From positions 14,448,001 to 14,512,000 of the forward strand of contig CM052832.1 of assembly GCA_028534125.1 (NCBI GenBank): a DNA stretch of 64,000 bases, given 5' to 3'. Source of the stretch: Lama glama. Taxonomy: Eukaryota. The notes below the pieces were generated by a model. The model ran no database searches. It was not told the DNA's origin and saw only the letters and a list, made by a program, of their open reading frames with translations. The translations under genes were made by a program, and so were the position numbers. Positions 52,265-64,000 of the stretch are shown one piece after another. Positions within the stretch are counted from its first letter, which is position 1, and the number at the start of each line of letters is the position of its first letter.

Positions 52265-54480
52265 TAGTTAACTGGGAAAAATTGAACATGTACTTTGATT
52301 TCTCCTCACTCCTGAAACTCATTAAAATGAGAGTAAAAACAAGCAGAAAAAGAATAGGAGAAAGGTAACAGTGAACATAAAATGTCAAATTTTTTGGAAA
52401 ATGAAAAGTAGATAAATTAGCAGAGCTGAAAAAGTTAATCCCTGTAGCCAGAGAAGGTTATGCCAATTCACACACACATCCAGGAAAGATGCAGGGATTC
52501 GAGGTACCAGGTAGCACAGGAGATCAGGGATGAGGAGGGGCTGAAAAGGCGGACTTGATATAAATTCTGTATAAAAAGGCATTAGATCACCAGGTCTCCA
52601 GTCACATCAGGGCAGCCAGCAGACAATTACCTGCACCCAGGGAGGAGAAGGTAGATTTATTCTGTGAAGAAACTGAACCAGGTAGGCTCTAAACTCAGGG
52701 ACATTAGGAATAGCAGAAGCCAGGAAGAGGCATTGTACAGAAAGCAAAGGCCCTAAAAAAAAGTCTACATCCTGAAGGAATGAGATCCCAGCCTGTTCAC
52801 CCACTTGGCTTCCAGAATGTTGACAGCCCTACCCTTCAACCCCAGACAGAAGGTTGAAAGATTCTTTCTGGCAGAAACCAAATGACTCCACAGAAAGGTT
52901 CAACAGATGTTAACTTTTGGGAATTCCTCAACAAAGCAAGTGGGTTCCTGACCAATCACCCTCTACAGAGTATATAAGACCCATCCTTTACAAATTCCTC
53001 CCACCACTATACAGACCACTCAGTCGGCTTCTTAGTGTTGCACTCTTGAATAAAAATGACAACTAAGGATCACCATACATTTAAGGAAAATGTTCAACAT
53101 AAAAAGAGAGAGCACAAAACAGAGTAAAGGGACTCAAAGGAACAGAACCAAGGAACCAAATAAAACCTCAGTGAAAAAAAACTATTATCATACAGAACAT
53201 GATTAGAAAACAAATTGGCAAAATCAGTGCAAAGATTTTGGAAATTAAAAAATTATAGTAGAAATAAAAATATAAAGAGCTAGATGATAAAGTTGGGTAA
53301 ATCTCTCAGAAACTAGAATCAAAAAAGAGATGGGAAATTCAAGACAAAAGGTAAGAAAATTAGAGGACCAAGAGTTTCAGAGAAAAGAGAGAAAGAAGAG
53401 AGGAGAAATTTTTCAAAGAAATAACTTAAGAAATCTTCTTAGAACTGATGGATATGAACTTCCAGTTGAAAGAGTCCATCCTATACTCAGTACAGTGAAT
53501 AATTTTTAAAAAGACCCACCCCCACGGTACACTGTAGAATTTCAGAATACATGGGATAAAGAGAACAGTTTCCAGAGAGAAAAAACAGTTCACATACAAA
53601 GCACTGAGTGGCATCAAAATTTTCAATAATTTCAAGACCTTCAAAAACTCATGGCTTTTGCCTCTGGAAGCCATAAGACAAAGGAGCAATGCTTTCAAAA
53701 TTCAAAGGTGAAATGATTTCCAACCTCGAATTCTACAGCAGACAAATAATCAGTCAAGTATGAAAAAGAGAATAAAGATATTTTTAGACATGAAGAGTTT
53801 CAAATTTTACCTCCCACACACCCTTTTTATCAGGAAGTGACAGGAGGATATGCTCTACCAAATAAATGAGCAAACCACGAAAGAGGAAGGCAAGCATCCA
53901 GGAAATGGGGCAAAAAAAAAAAAGGCAAAGGGAATCAGCTGCGCAGCAAGCCTGAAGAATATCTGACCAACGCTGGAGAATGCAGGGCCCCAGAGGGACA
54001 TCTGCCAGAGAAAATGAAACTGACAAGATCAACTGATGTATCTGCTTAGGACAGGGAAATTAATTTTTAGGGATTGAAAAATTATGGTTGATATTTAGGA
54101 ATGAAGAGTGAGCTAGACATAGGAAACTCAGAAAACCAATGAGAGAGACAGTTAATGGACTTTACAAGAAAAAAAAAGAGGATTATTGTATACTAATTGG
54201 TTCAGCAGGTTAATAATATTTTAACAGCCATGATTATATAAACATGAACATTAGATACTGAAGTAACTAAAAATTGTGATACATCTGAAGGCGGAGGCAG
54301 TGGACCAAGAGAATGCAAGAAAGCTAAACCCTCCTCTTCCATTACTAAGACTGATAGAGGATGTCTAAAGTTTAAAAATCAAGAAAGAGCAGCATAAGCA
54401 TAATAATAAAAAATCTGAAGGAAACACTAAGAGCTGGAAATGGCTGCTTCCCCAGAAAAGAATTCAGGTGTGCATAAGTG
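52265..54480 (+). mobile_element. Ancient L1/HAL1-like element (5' region, decayed ORF1, 3' flank)
   Basis: A-rich plus strand with ORF1 C-terminal-like motifs (ggagcaatgctttcaaaatt...gatttccaacctcgaattcta...aaagatatttttagacatg); no recognisable ORF2 follows. Confidence 0.7.
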
Positions 54481-57400
54481 GCCCCCTGGTAAGGACGGTG
54501 CAGAAATCATTCTGACTACATGTCAGGCTGGACGGTAACCTTGGCTTTTGTGGCCATGTGTTTTGTGTTTCAAATATAAGATGACAGGCAGTGACTTTGA
54601 AGGGTTTCTTACCTCATGAGAGAGAAACACAGCAGAAAGACAACGCCCCATTTTAACCTCACAGGTGACACAACTCACACAGTAAACTTGGAAGGATGGC
54701 TTCCTTGTTCTAGAAGCCAGCAAGGAGTTCTCCCCTCTCTCTTGCCAAGGACAACTGTCTTCTGTTTCTAATCAGTAATCTGCACACACACATACCCCCA
54801 CATACAAACTGGCAAGGCAAGTCCCTTGTGAGCAGGAACTGTTGGAAACCTTCTACAGTCACTCTACTAACTGCTATTTTCAATCACTGCTCTCTTTGGC
54901 GGAACTGGCACTGCCTCCCTGTCAACCCTGTAACAGGAGAGGGGCATGGGAGCGGTGGCATGAGAAGCACATAGCTTCAATATGACGTGGACATGACAAC
55001 CTGACAAGTACACTACCAGGAAGTGAGAGCACTACAGGAGCACTCTACTGTTACTACGACGTATTCACGAGGATTAATGTGTAAATCACATTTTTACAAG
55101 CCATATTTCCCTCATGGTTTACACTAAGACTTTAGGGGTCCTTATCTTTTATTTGATTCAATTTATGTTAGCCTGGCTTCTTAACACTGAGGCATTCACA
55201 GTTTCTGTTCCACAACTGCAAAAAAGGCACGGAAGGAAAATGGTCTCCAGAGTTCAAGATTCTGACTTCTGTCACACTGCATGCTCCGTGATAGCAGGGA
55301 CAGCACCTGTCTTGTGCCACCTTCACAAGCAGAAAGCGCATAGTACCAGGCACACAGTGAATACTCAAATAAATCTGGGGAGCGGGGAGAAGCCACCGTG
55401 CTCTTCTAGGTATCTTACAATAAATAAGACCAATTCCCTGACCTAAAGTACCTCTGAGGCACAGAAATAAATATTATAATGCAACGTGATATGTGTTATA
55501 AAACAACTGCAAAAGCCTAGGGAACACAGGGGGAAGCCTGGATGAATGGCATCCAATCTCAAGAAAAAGGGATGAAAGGGCTTGCAGGCAAGGGGAAGAG
55601 TGTGTGATCAAACTGCAGCCAGGTGATCTTTTAAAAACAAACACTTCCTAGTTTTCTGCATTCCTCATACCGGGTCTTCTTTCCTAGGAGGCCAGGCTCC
55701 CTCCAGCTTCTTCCCCATCTTGCCTTTTCAACTCCTCTTCAGCATTAAGCAAAGCTCTCCTCCGCAGGTAACTTTCCTTTCCTTCCCAGGCCAGGTAGGA
55801 CTTCTTGAGTACTTGTAGGGCTCCTTGTACTTTGCCTTGATCTCAGCGATCTGAGTCTAGAGCTCTATTTGTCACCCATCATTATTGGATTGTCTTTCTC
55901 ACTGGACCACAAGCAACTTCCAGGCAGACCCAAATATATTATGTTTACCACTGTATCCTCACTGCCAAGGCGGCACTGTACCTGGCACGTGCTGAGAGCT
56001 GAAAGAGTGAGTAAAATCTACACCTAAAAGCATGAAGGGGCCTAGCTGTTTAAAGAAAGCTGTGGTAAATTATTTGTTCAGATTATGGCAACTGTAAGAA
56101 CTCAAGTATCTCTATCAGGTTATTTCATGAGTAAAAAATACTGCACATTTTTTCTAAATATATGTAAGGGAACATGTTACCTAGAAAGAAAAAAATAACA
56201 TTTCTTCTATTGTTTAGTAAGTGTGAGTGTGTGTTTTGGGGTGGGGTGGGGTGGGGGGTGGGCAGGGTGCGTGTGCGCAGAAGAGCTTTTAAGAATGATT
56301 TGCTCCCTGGCTTGTCAAAGTCCAGAGGCTAAACTGAGCTGAAAAGGAAGGTAAGATGCCTTAATCAGTCATGTCTGGGGGGCAAAGATACCTTCATCTG
56401 AGGGAAACCATAAATCCTGCCTTATATCTGCTGTCCCAGCATAATTATTAACAGCATCCTGGCCTGGACAATAAATTATATGGTCACTTCACTTCATCCA
56501 GACTTTGAGACACTTTTCTTGCAATTTTGAGTCTAAAAGTCCTGGAAATTACAACCAATAGTAAATGTTTACTATGAGCCAAGTATACTTTAAGTGGATT
56601 AAATAACTACTTCTCATCATAACCCTATTAGGGAATCCTAGGAAACTGACAAGTATGGAAGAGAATACCTTACCCAGAGTCACAGAACTAGAATGGGTGA
56701 CATTGGATTTAACTCCAAAATATACAACTTCTTGAAAACAGCTCTCTCCTGGCTATTTTTCTCACTCCTGATGGAGATGAATTCCCCACAGCTCATACAC
56801 TTTCATTTCCGCCCTGCTTCACGTTCCTCGCTCCTCATTCATCCTGTCCTGCTTTTTTCTTTCTCTCCAGGGTTATAGGAAATCAATAAAGAGTACTGAG
56901 AGAGAGGCACTATATTCTAGGTAGGAAACAGATCCCAGAGGGAATTGAATAGAGGTAGTTAACTAAAAGGCTCCCATTAACATTTCCAGAAATCCAATTA
57001 GCTGACAAACTTTGTCACTTCAGATAACTATCAAAAGTATCAACATTATAATGAAAGCTACAAGCTGACTTAATTCACTTTATCTTAAGGTATTTAAGAT
57101 GATTATTTTGTTGTTCTGAGGAAATTAAAATGCCAAAAATTTCAATATAGAAAATAATAAAGCAAAAGGGATGTATACCTTAAATTAAATTTATTATCAG
57201 ATTCTAGGTGTCCTACATACATCATATATATTTCCTAAATGTCTAAGCACCACAAAAAAAATAGTATTCTGAATGCGGTTAATCTGTAAGCTGAGTGTCA
57301 AGGATCTAAATGTTTTTTCACACATACAGCTGACCTATGAGTGAATCCAAGACTTGACACATGCAATTAGCCACAAAATTTCTAGTAGATCATCTAAACT

Positions 57401-57749
57401 TTATGTAAAATGGAGTTGTCACTTGTCCTATCCTCACCCTGAGAGAGTTGTTTTATGGAATAAATGGGCTAATACATGTGAAAAAAAACTGAACTAGAAT
57501 CTAAAACATAAGGGCTTGGCATCAGTAAAGTAAGGCAAGGCATTCTAAAGAATGAGACCAGTGTATATGTGCTGACATGAAACAACACGTAAGATATATG
57601 AAGTGGGAAATGCACCTGCACCACAGTACGTAGAGTGTGATCTCATTTCTGTAAGAACGGTGTTTTTCTAAGCCTATACTAACATATGAAAGGCTATATA
57701 CCAAAGTGTGAAGACTGGTTCTGGGGGTGAGGCATGTATTCATAATAAA

Positions 57750-57751
<2 letters not shown>

Positions 57752-57786
<35 letters not shown>

Positions 57787-57810
57787 GACAACACACACAC
57801 ACAGTGACAA
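57752..57810. repeat. (CA)n microsatellite with a duplicated (CA)n-gtgacaa unit at the LTR edge
   Basis: Direct reading. Confidence 0.9.
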
Positions 57811-58248
57811 AGACTCTTTTAGTCAGGCTTCTCAGAGTACTCTTTTAAACTTTTAAACTAGGTCTTGACTTTTGTCCCCCATACTATCTTTGACCAGCTC
57901 AGCCCAGTTTTAGCAAGAATTCTGTTAAGTAAGTTTATCAAGAGTTCTCCCACCCTTGATATCTGATCAAGTTCTTCACCTTTGATGGCTAAGTCCTTGG
58001 CCTGCCTTTTTCAAGAATCCTGTTAGGTCAGTTTAGCAAGAATCCCCCTACTCTTGATGTTTCCATTAAGTCATTTTCTATCCACTGACCCACTCACCCT
58101 CCTCCTTGGCCAAACATCCCCACTTGTCCTTGTTGTGTTCGAAGATAAGCCTGATCTCTCTCCCTTATTTCAATACTCCTGTTGTAACAATCTTAATGTC
58201 TTCCTTACTGTTTTAACAAGTGTCAGAAAAAAAATTTCTTTAATGACA
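57805..58248 (+). mobile_element. Solo LTR, MER31-like (ERV1)
   Basis: Starts tgacaaagactct, has internal repeated tttagcaagaatcc/cccttgat motifs, ends with CA. Confidence 0.75.
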
Positions 58249-59324
58249 CATACTCTCACTATTTTTTTTTTTTAAGCAAAGCCAGATCTAATCCAGAGAG
58301 ATGAGCTTCCAGCTACAAGATTCTTACAAGAGTTCTTTTAAGAAGAAGTTCTGGAGAAGATATATTTCTGGATTTGGCCTCTTTTAAAAAAAAAACAAAA
58401 AAAAAAAACCTCCTGTGGTCTTTGATATCTCCAGCCTCTGGAGTAGGAAAATCAATTACTCCCATTTGCTTCTGAATGGAGCTCTTCAATCAGAGAGGCT
58501 AAGAACAAGCCTGCCCAAATGACTGCAGTACCAGTCCCCAGGCGAGGGGACCAAACGGGTCACTGATTTCAAAGGCTGGTGGATTTTAGAAGATATTATA
58601 GGAATTGTACAAAATGGTTATGTACTACTCATTTAACTGACAGTGAGATTAGGGGAGGTGAATGAGTCAACCTGGGGTTACCAAATCCCAGATATTCTAC
58701 ATTCTGAAACAATTCACAAATTTGTCCCTTCCTCCCTATTCCCAAAGTCACTGCCTTACACCTGAAGTAATCTCCAAAGTGATCTTGATTGCCTGAAGTC
58801 TCTTCCTTCACAGACAAAATCAAAATACACTCTTTACAATGTTGCTACTGTTAAAACTTTTCAAAATGTTTATCCAGTCAGATTTTTCTCCTAAAGAGCT
58901 TTCGTTGGCTCTCTCCTGCCTACAGGAAAAACTTCTCAGCTTGCTATGCAATCAGGATCTTACCAAGCTATCCCCAGTTACCTTTTAGGCCTCACCAACC
59001 TCCACGCTTCAATACATACTCTGGGCACCGGGTATATGCCACCTGTCTTTGTACTTGCTGTTCTCTGCTTCACCCCATCTACATCTCTGTGAAATCTCAA
59101 ACATCCTTCAAAGACTCAATGAAATGTCACCCCACTTTCCAGGCTGAATTAACTTTATCCACAGTGCTTCTTTACAGAATTCTACTTAAAACTTCTACAA
59201 TACTATGTTCTCTTTATTGTTTAAAACAAACCTGTTTCCTTCATCAGACAAGGAGCTCCTTGAAGGCAGAGGCCTTGTTTATTCATCTCTCAACCCCTAG
59301 GGCCTAAAACCATCTTGTCCAAAA

Positions 59325-59425
59325 CCTGTATTTTATAGATGAGGAAACTGAGACCCAGTGAGGAGAAGGGACAGCTAGTAGATGGCTGGGCCCAACCGGA
59401 ACCGAGGCTCCTGTCTCCCAGTGAA
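59325..59425 (-). mobile_element. MIR SINE core
   Basis: attttatagatgaggaaactgagacccag. Confidence 0.75.
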
Positions 59426-61214
59426 ATGTTCTGTTCACGACACCTCACACTAGGATAAATTCTCTCTATTGCCTCATGTGACACTTGTTCTCAGCTCTCC
59501 CTTGATCATCTTCCCTGCCCTTTCTCCTCTTACTTCTCTTAGTGAAGTGACCTACCAAGAGCCTTGAACGTCTAGTCCAGCAGATGAATACCCTGAATCT
59601 AAAGGCTCAGAATCATTTTTCTCACAGGTCAGTCTGTAAACCCTGGTGTAGGGTACCTCTCACCTGCCCATACCGTGAGGTCAGGTGAAAGGAGAGGGGC
59701 TGAGGTTCAGTCTGTGAGGTTTGCAAAGGAAGCAAGCGCACTGAGGGGACTGATGTGCAGCAAGTAATCCCCGTCCTTGGGCTAAGCCCTGATGGGCCTG
59801 GCATCTAGTCCAGGGTGAAGACTTCTCCAAGTGCCATCATTTACCCTGAACCAAGAGAGCTAGGACACAAGTAACACCCCTTTCTCAGAATCAATTTTAT
59901 TAGTAACCTCCCTCTGCTGTGGTTCTGTTTAACCAAGGAGATCTTTTTTCCAAGCAGATTATTTCCTTTCTAAAAGGAAATAATCTGTTCTTGAAGGGAA
60001 CAAGGCAATTATTTATGAAAATATATACTTACAGGTTAGACAGATTGAATTTTGCTGCCTTAAGCTTTTCTGTTTAAACTAATTTTTTAAAGTTATTTCT
60101 CCACAATTTAGTAAGCACCGTAGCCACTTAGTTGCAACTTCCATTAGTAAAAATAGCTGAACAAGGTGTATTACTTTGGAAAATTAAAAAAAAAAACTCA
60201 CAACAACAAAAAGTTGGTTTTAGCTAAGTCCAAGTTTTCTCACTTTCTTTGTCCCTATTTGTAATACGTTTAAATGTAGTTTAATCCCAGAGCCTGTCTC
60301 AGGGTCTTTACTGAGATCTGTATTTAATCAGCCTCCCAAATCTGCTCTATTTGCCAAATTCCTTTTCTAGTTTTCCCAAAAGGCACCAAGTATCCTGTCC
60401 TTGGAGTCAATCCAAAAATAAGCACTCTGGATGACTAAGAACCTTGGCAGACACCTGGCTAAAAAGCAAGACCATGCTATGTGTAGCATCTACCAACTGA
60501 GGAGTGAGAGACTTGAAGGTTTATAAAGAAAACAGTTTCCCAAGCTGGAGGGCTTTCCCACAAATAGCTTTCTGCATCTCAGTTTTTAAGTGTACAAGTC
60601 AAAAGGCAACCATTTACAACAGCCAAACCTCTACATGGGAAGAAAAACAGCTTCATAAATCAAAGAAGAGGAAAGCCCTATCATTTGCTGATGTCCTAGA
60701 GCATGAAGAAGTCCAGAAAGTCTGTAATGAGTCTAACAGACATTGTCTATTAGAAGTACAATAGCTACAGCAGCTCAGTCTACTACAAACTATGTATCAC
60801 ACCAGACACCTAATATGTAAAATAAGAACTTGCATTTTATAAATTTTAACATGCTCAGAGAGATGAAACTAAAGAGAGCTGAAGCGGCTTGCCCGAGAAC
60901 ACACAGCTGGCACACAGAGCCAGCTGCACACTTGTTCTACCTGACACATAAATCTGTATTACTCTATTTATCACCTACCAAAGTCAACATGCTGGTAGAC
61001 TTAAATAACTATTGGTTTATATAACCATTCTGTTAATAATGAAAGCCTTAAAATGTCTATGGTCTCTAAAAAGTTCTAACAATATCTCTGTGTTGACTCC
61101 TAATATGTATGCCTTTGTGCACACATATGCGTAGCAATTACTGACAAAAATTTAGAGACTGACTCAAAGCCAAGACTTCTTATGGCTCTAAACTGTAATA
61201 GTAACTAAAAACAC

Positions 61215-64000
61215 TACACTTCAAGCTGGTTCTTTGAAAAGACCAATACAATTGATAATGTCTAGCTGAGCTAACCAAGAAGAAAAGAGAGAAGACACAA
61301 ATTACTACTATCAAAAATGAAAAAGGAGCCATCATTACTAATCCTATGGACTTCAAAAGGATAAAAGTACCCAGCCCAAAAAGTCATACTGGTGACTTCT
61401 ACCAAACATTGAAGAAACACCACCAATTCTCTGCGATCTCATTCAGAAAACAGAATTAGAGGGAACATTTCCTAACTCATCCTATGAGACCAGCATTACC
61501 CTAATACCAAAACCAGGCAAAGACATTAAAAGAAAGGAAAACTACAGACTGATATCTCTGATTCAACATTTGAAGACCAACCACTATAATCCATGTCAAC
61601 AGGCTAAAGAAAAATTATAGGATCATATCAATATAAGCAGAAAAAGCATTTGACAAAATCCAACACCCATTAATGATAAAAAGTCTTAAGAAAATTATGA
61701 ATGGAGAGAAACTTCCTCAGTTTAAAAAACTTGTATAAATGAACTTACAGCCAACAGCATACTTCATGGTGAGAAGCTAGATGTTTTCCCCTTAAGATCA
61801 AGAACAAGACAAAAATGTCCCCTCTCACCACTATTTAGCATGGTACTGCAAGTCCTATCCTAGCTAAAGCTACAAGAAAAAGAAATAAAAGGTATTCAGA
61901 TTGAGAAGGAAGAAATAAAACTATTTTTGTTCACAGGTGATATGATTTTTCTATGTAGAAAATTCCAAAGAATCAACTAAAAACCTCCTGAACCTAAGAT
62001 TATAGCAAGATTACAAGATACAAGGTTAGTATGCAAAGATCAATTGTTTTCCCATATACCAGCAGTGAACAATTAGAACTTGAAATTAAAAACATAATAT
62101 CATTTACATTAATTGGCACCAAAAAATGAAACACTCTAGTCTAAATCTAATAAAATATGAACAAGATCTATATGAGGAAAATTAAACTCTGATAAAAGAA
62201 ATCAAAGATCTAAATAAATGAAGAGGCATTCCATGTTCTCTGCCAGCAAGCGAGGGAGACTGAATAGGTGTTTTACATTTAGGTCTATTTTTTTTTTTTG
62301 TAAGTTAATTTTTGTGAAAGGTGTAAGGTTTATGTCTATTTATTTTTTTGCATGTGGATGTCCAGTTGTTACAGCACCATTTTTTTAAAAGGCTATCCTT
62401 TCTCCATTGAGTTACCTTTGCTATTTTGTTGAAGGTCAGTTGACTGTATTTGTATGGGTCTATTTCTGGGCTCTCTGTTGTCTCTTATTGATCTATTTGA
62501 CTTTCCTTTTGCCAGTAGCACACTATCTTGATCACTGTAGCTTTATAGTAAGTCTTGAGGTCCAGCAGTGTCAGTCCTCCAACTCTGTTCTCCTTCAATA
62601 TTGTGTTGGCTATTCTGGGTCTTTTGCTTTTCCATATAAATTTTGGAATCATTTTGTTGATATCCACAAAATAACTTGCTGGGATTTTGACTGGGATTGT
62701 GTCAAATCTATAAATCAAATTGGGAAGAACTAATATCTTAATAATATATATGATCAATTAATTTATGACAAAGGAGCCAAGAATATACAATAGGGAAAGG
62801 ACAATCTCTTCAATTAATGATGGTGGGAAAACTTGACAGCCACATGCAAAAGAATGAAACTGGATCACTATCTTACCCCATACACAAAAATTAATTCAAA
62901 ATGCATTAAAGACTTGAATGTAAGACCTGAAACCATAAAATCCTAGAAGAAAACATAAGCAGTAAGCTCCATTGATCCTGACAGTGATCTTTTGGATCTG
63001 ACATCAAAACCAAAGGCAACAAAAGCAAAAATAAACAAGTGGGACTACAACAAACTAAAAACTTCTCCACAGCAAAGGAAACCATTAACAAAATAAAAAG
63101 GCAACCCACTGAGTGAGAGAAAACATCTACAAATCATATATCTGATATGGGGCTAATATCCAGAATATAGAAGAACTCAAACAACTCAAGAGCAAAAAAA
63201 CAAACAATCCAATTTTTAAATGGACATAAAACTTGAATAGACATTTTTCCAAAGGAGATATATGGATAGCCTAAAGACACACAGAAAGATGTTCAACATC
63301 ACTAATTATCAGGGAAATACAAATCAAAACCACAATAAGCTATCACCTCACATCTGTCATAATGGTTATTATTAAAAAGACAAGAAATAACAAGTGTTGG
63401 CAAGGATGTAGAGGAAAAGGAACACTTGTGCACTGCTGGTGGGAATGTAAATTGGTGCAGCCACTTACTAGAGGTTCCTCAAAACTTATTGTGTAGAAGT
63501 TCCTCAAAACTTATTGTGGTGATCATTTTGCAGTGTACACAGTATTGAATTATTATGTGTATACCTAAAACTAGTATGTTTTAGGTATACCTCAATTAAA
63601 AAACAAAGATAGAAAACAAACAACCCAACTTAAAAATGGACAAAAAATTTGAGCAGACACCTTACCAAGGAAGATATACAGATGGCGAAGAAGCATATGA
63701 AAAAGATTGTCTACATCATGTTATTTGGGAATTACAAAATAAAACAACAATGAAATACAACTACGTACCTATTAGAATGGCTAAAATCCAAAACACAACA
63801 CCAAATGCTGACCAGGATGTGGAGCAACAAGACTTGCTGCTGGTGGGAACGCAAAGTGAAAACCTCGCTTGGCAGCCTTCTACAAAGCTAAATAGAGGTT
63901 TACCACAAGATCCAGTAATTGTGCTCTTAGGTGTTTACTCATATGAGCCGAAAATTTATGTCTACACAAAAACCTGCATACAAATGTCTATAGCAGCTTT
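61215..64000 (+). mobile_element. Composite L1: old ORF2 (+, ~61215-62240), inverted segment (-, ~62265-62750), second L1 (+, ~62750-63604), old L1 resumed (+, ~63605-64000)
   Basis: RT-region motifs (gaaaaagcatttgacaaaatccaacacc); minus-strand ORF 62485..62757 gives L1 ORF2 peptide LPNLIYRFDTIPVKIP...YYKATVIK. Confidence 0.9.

Larger units (their letters stand above)
1..64000 (-). other. ANKS1A: ANKS1A (Odin) gene body, partial: intron 1 to intron 11; both ends lie outside the window
   Basis: Ten spliced exons join into one open frame reading [34 protein letters not shown]...[11 protein letters not shown], which matches the ankyrin and linker region of ANKS1A as I recall it; all introns are GT-AG. 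Confidence 0.97.

Noticed and set aside
62485..62757. 90-aa ORF resembling a real protein
   Set aside because: A decayed L1 ORF2 fragment, not a host gene

Overview
Mammalian genomic DNA lying entirely within a protein-coding gene on the minus strand. The gene is ANKS1A (Odin; ankyrin repeat and SAM domain-containing protein 1A), recognised from its translation. Ten consecutive internal coding exons (equivalent to exons 2-11, 1,819 nt in total) have canonical AG/GT boundaries and compatible phases. They encode the ankyrin-repeat block and the long Pro/Ser-rich linker. Exon 1 lies beyond position 64000, and the SAM-SAM-PTB exons lie before position 1. The rest is intron filled with L1, L2, MIR, LTR (MER21-, MER31-, MLT-like) and DNA transposon (MER2-, MER58-, MER5-like) relics. 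Two short tRNA-derived SINEs resemble the camelid Vic-1 family, which suggests an alpaca/llama/camel genome (inference). There are two assembly gaps (500 N and 100 N). No prokaryote-type system, CRISPR array or RNA gene is present, and I found no new multi-gene system. The most interesting observations are: a pair of young inverted L1 3' ends bracketing exons 2-3 (possible lineage-specific circRNA or dsRNA), a stop-free in-frame 96-nt intron, a candidate unannotated exon upstream of exon 11, and a rearranged nested L1 with an internal inversion. Repeat family names and exon numbers come from memory of consensus and human sequences, not from a search.
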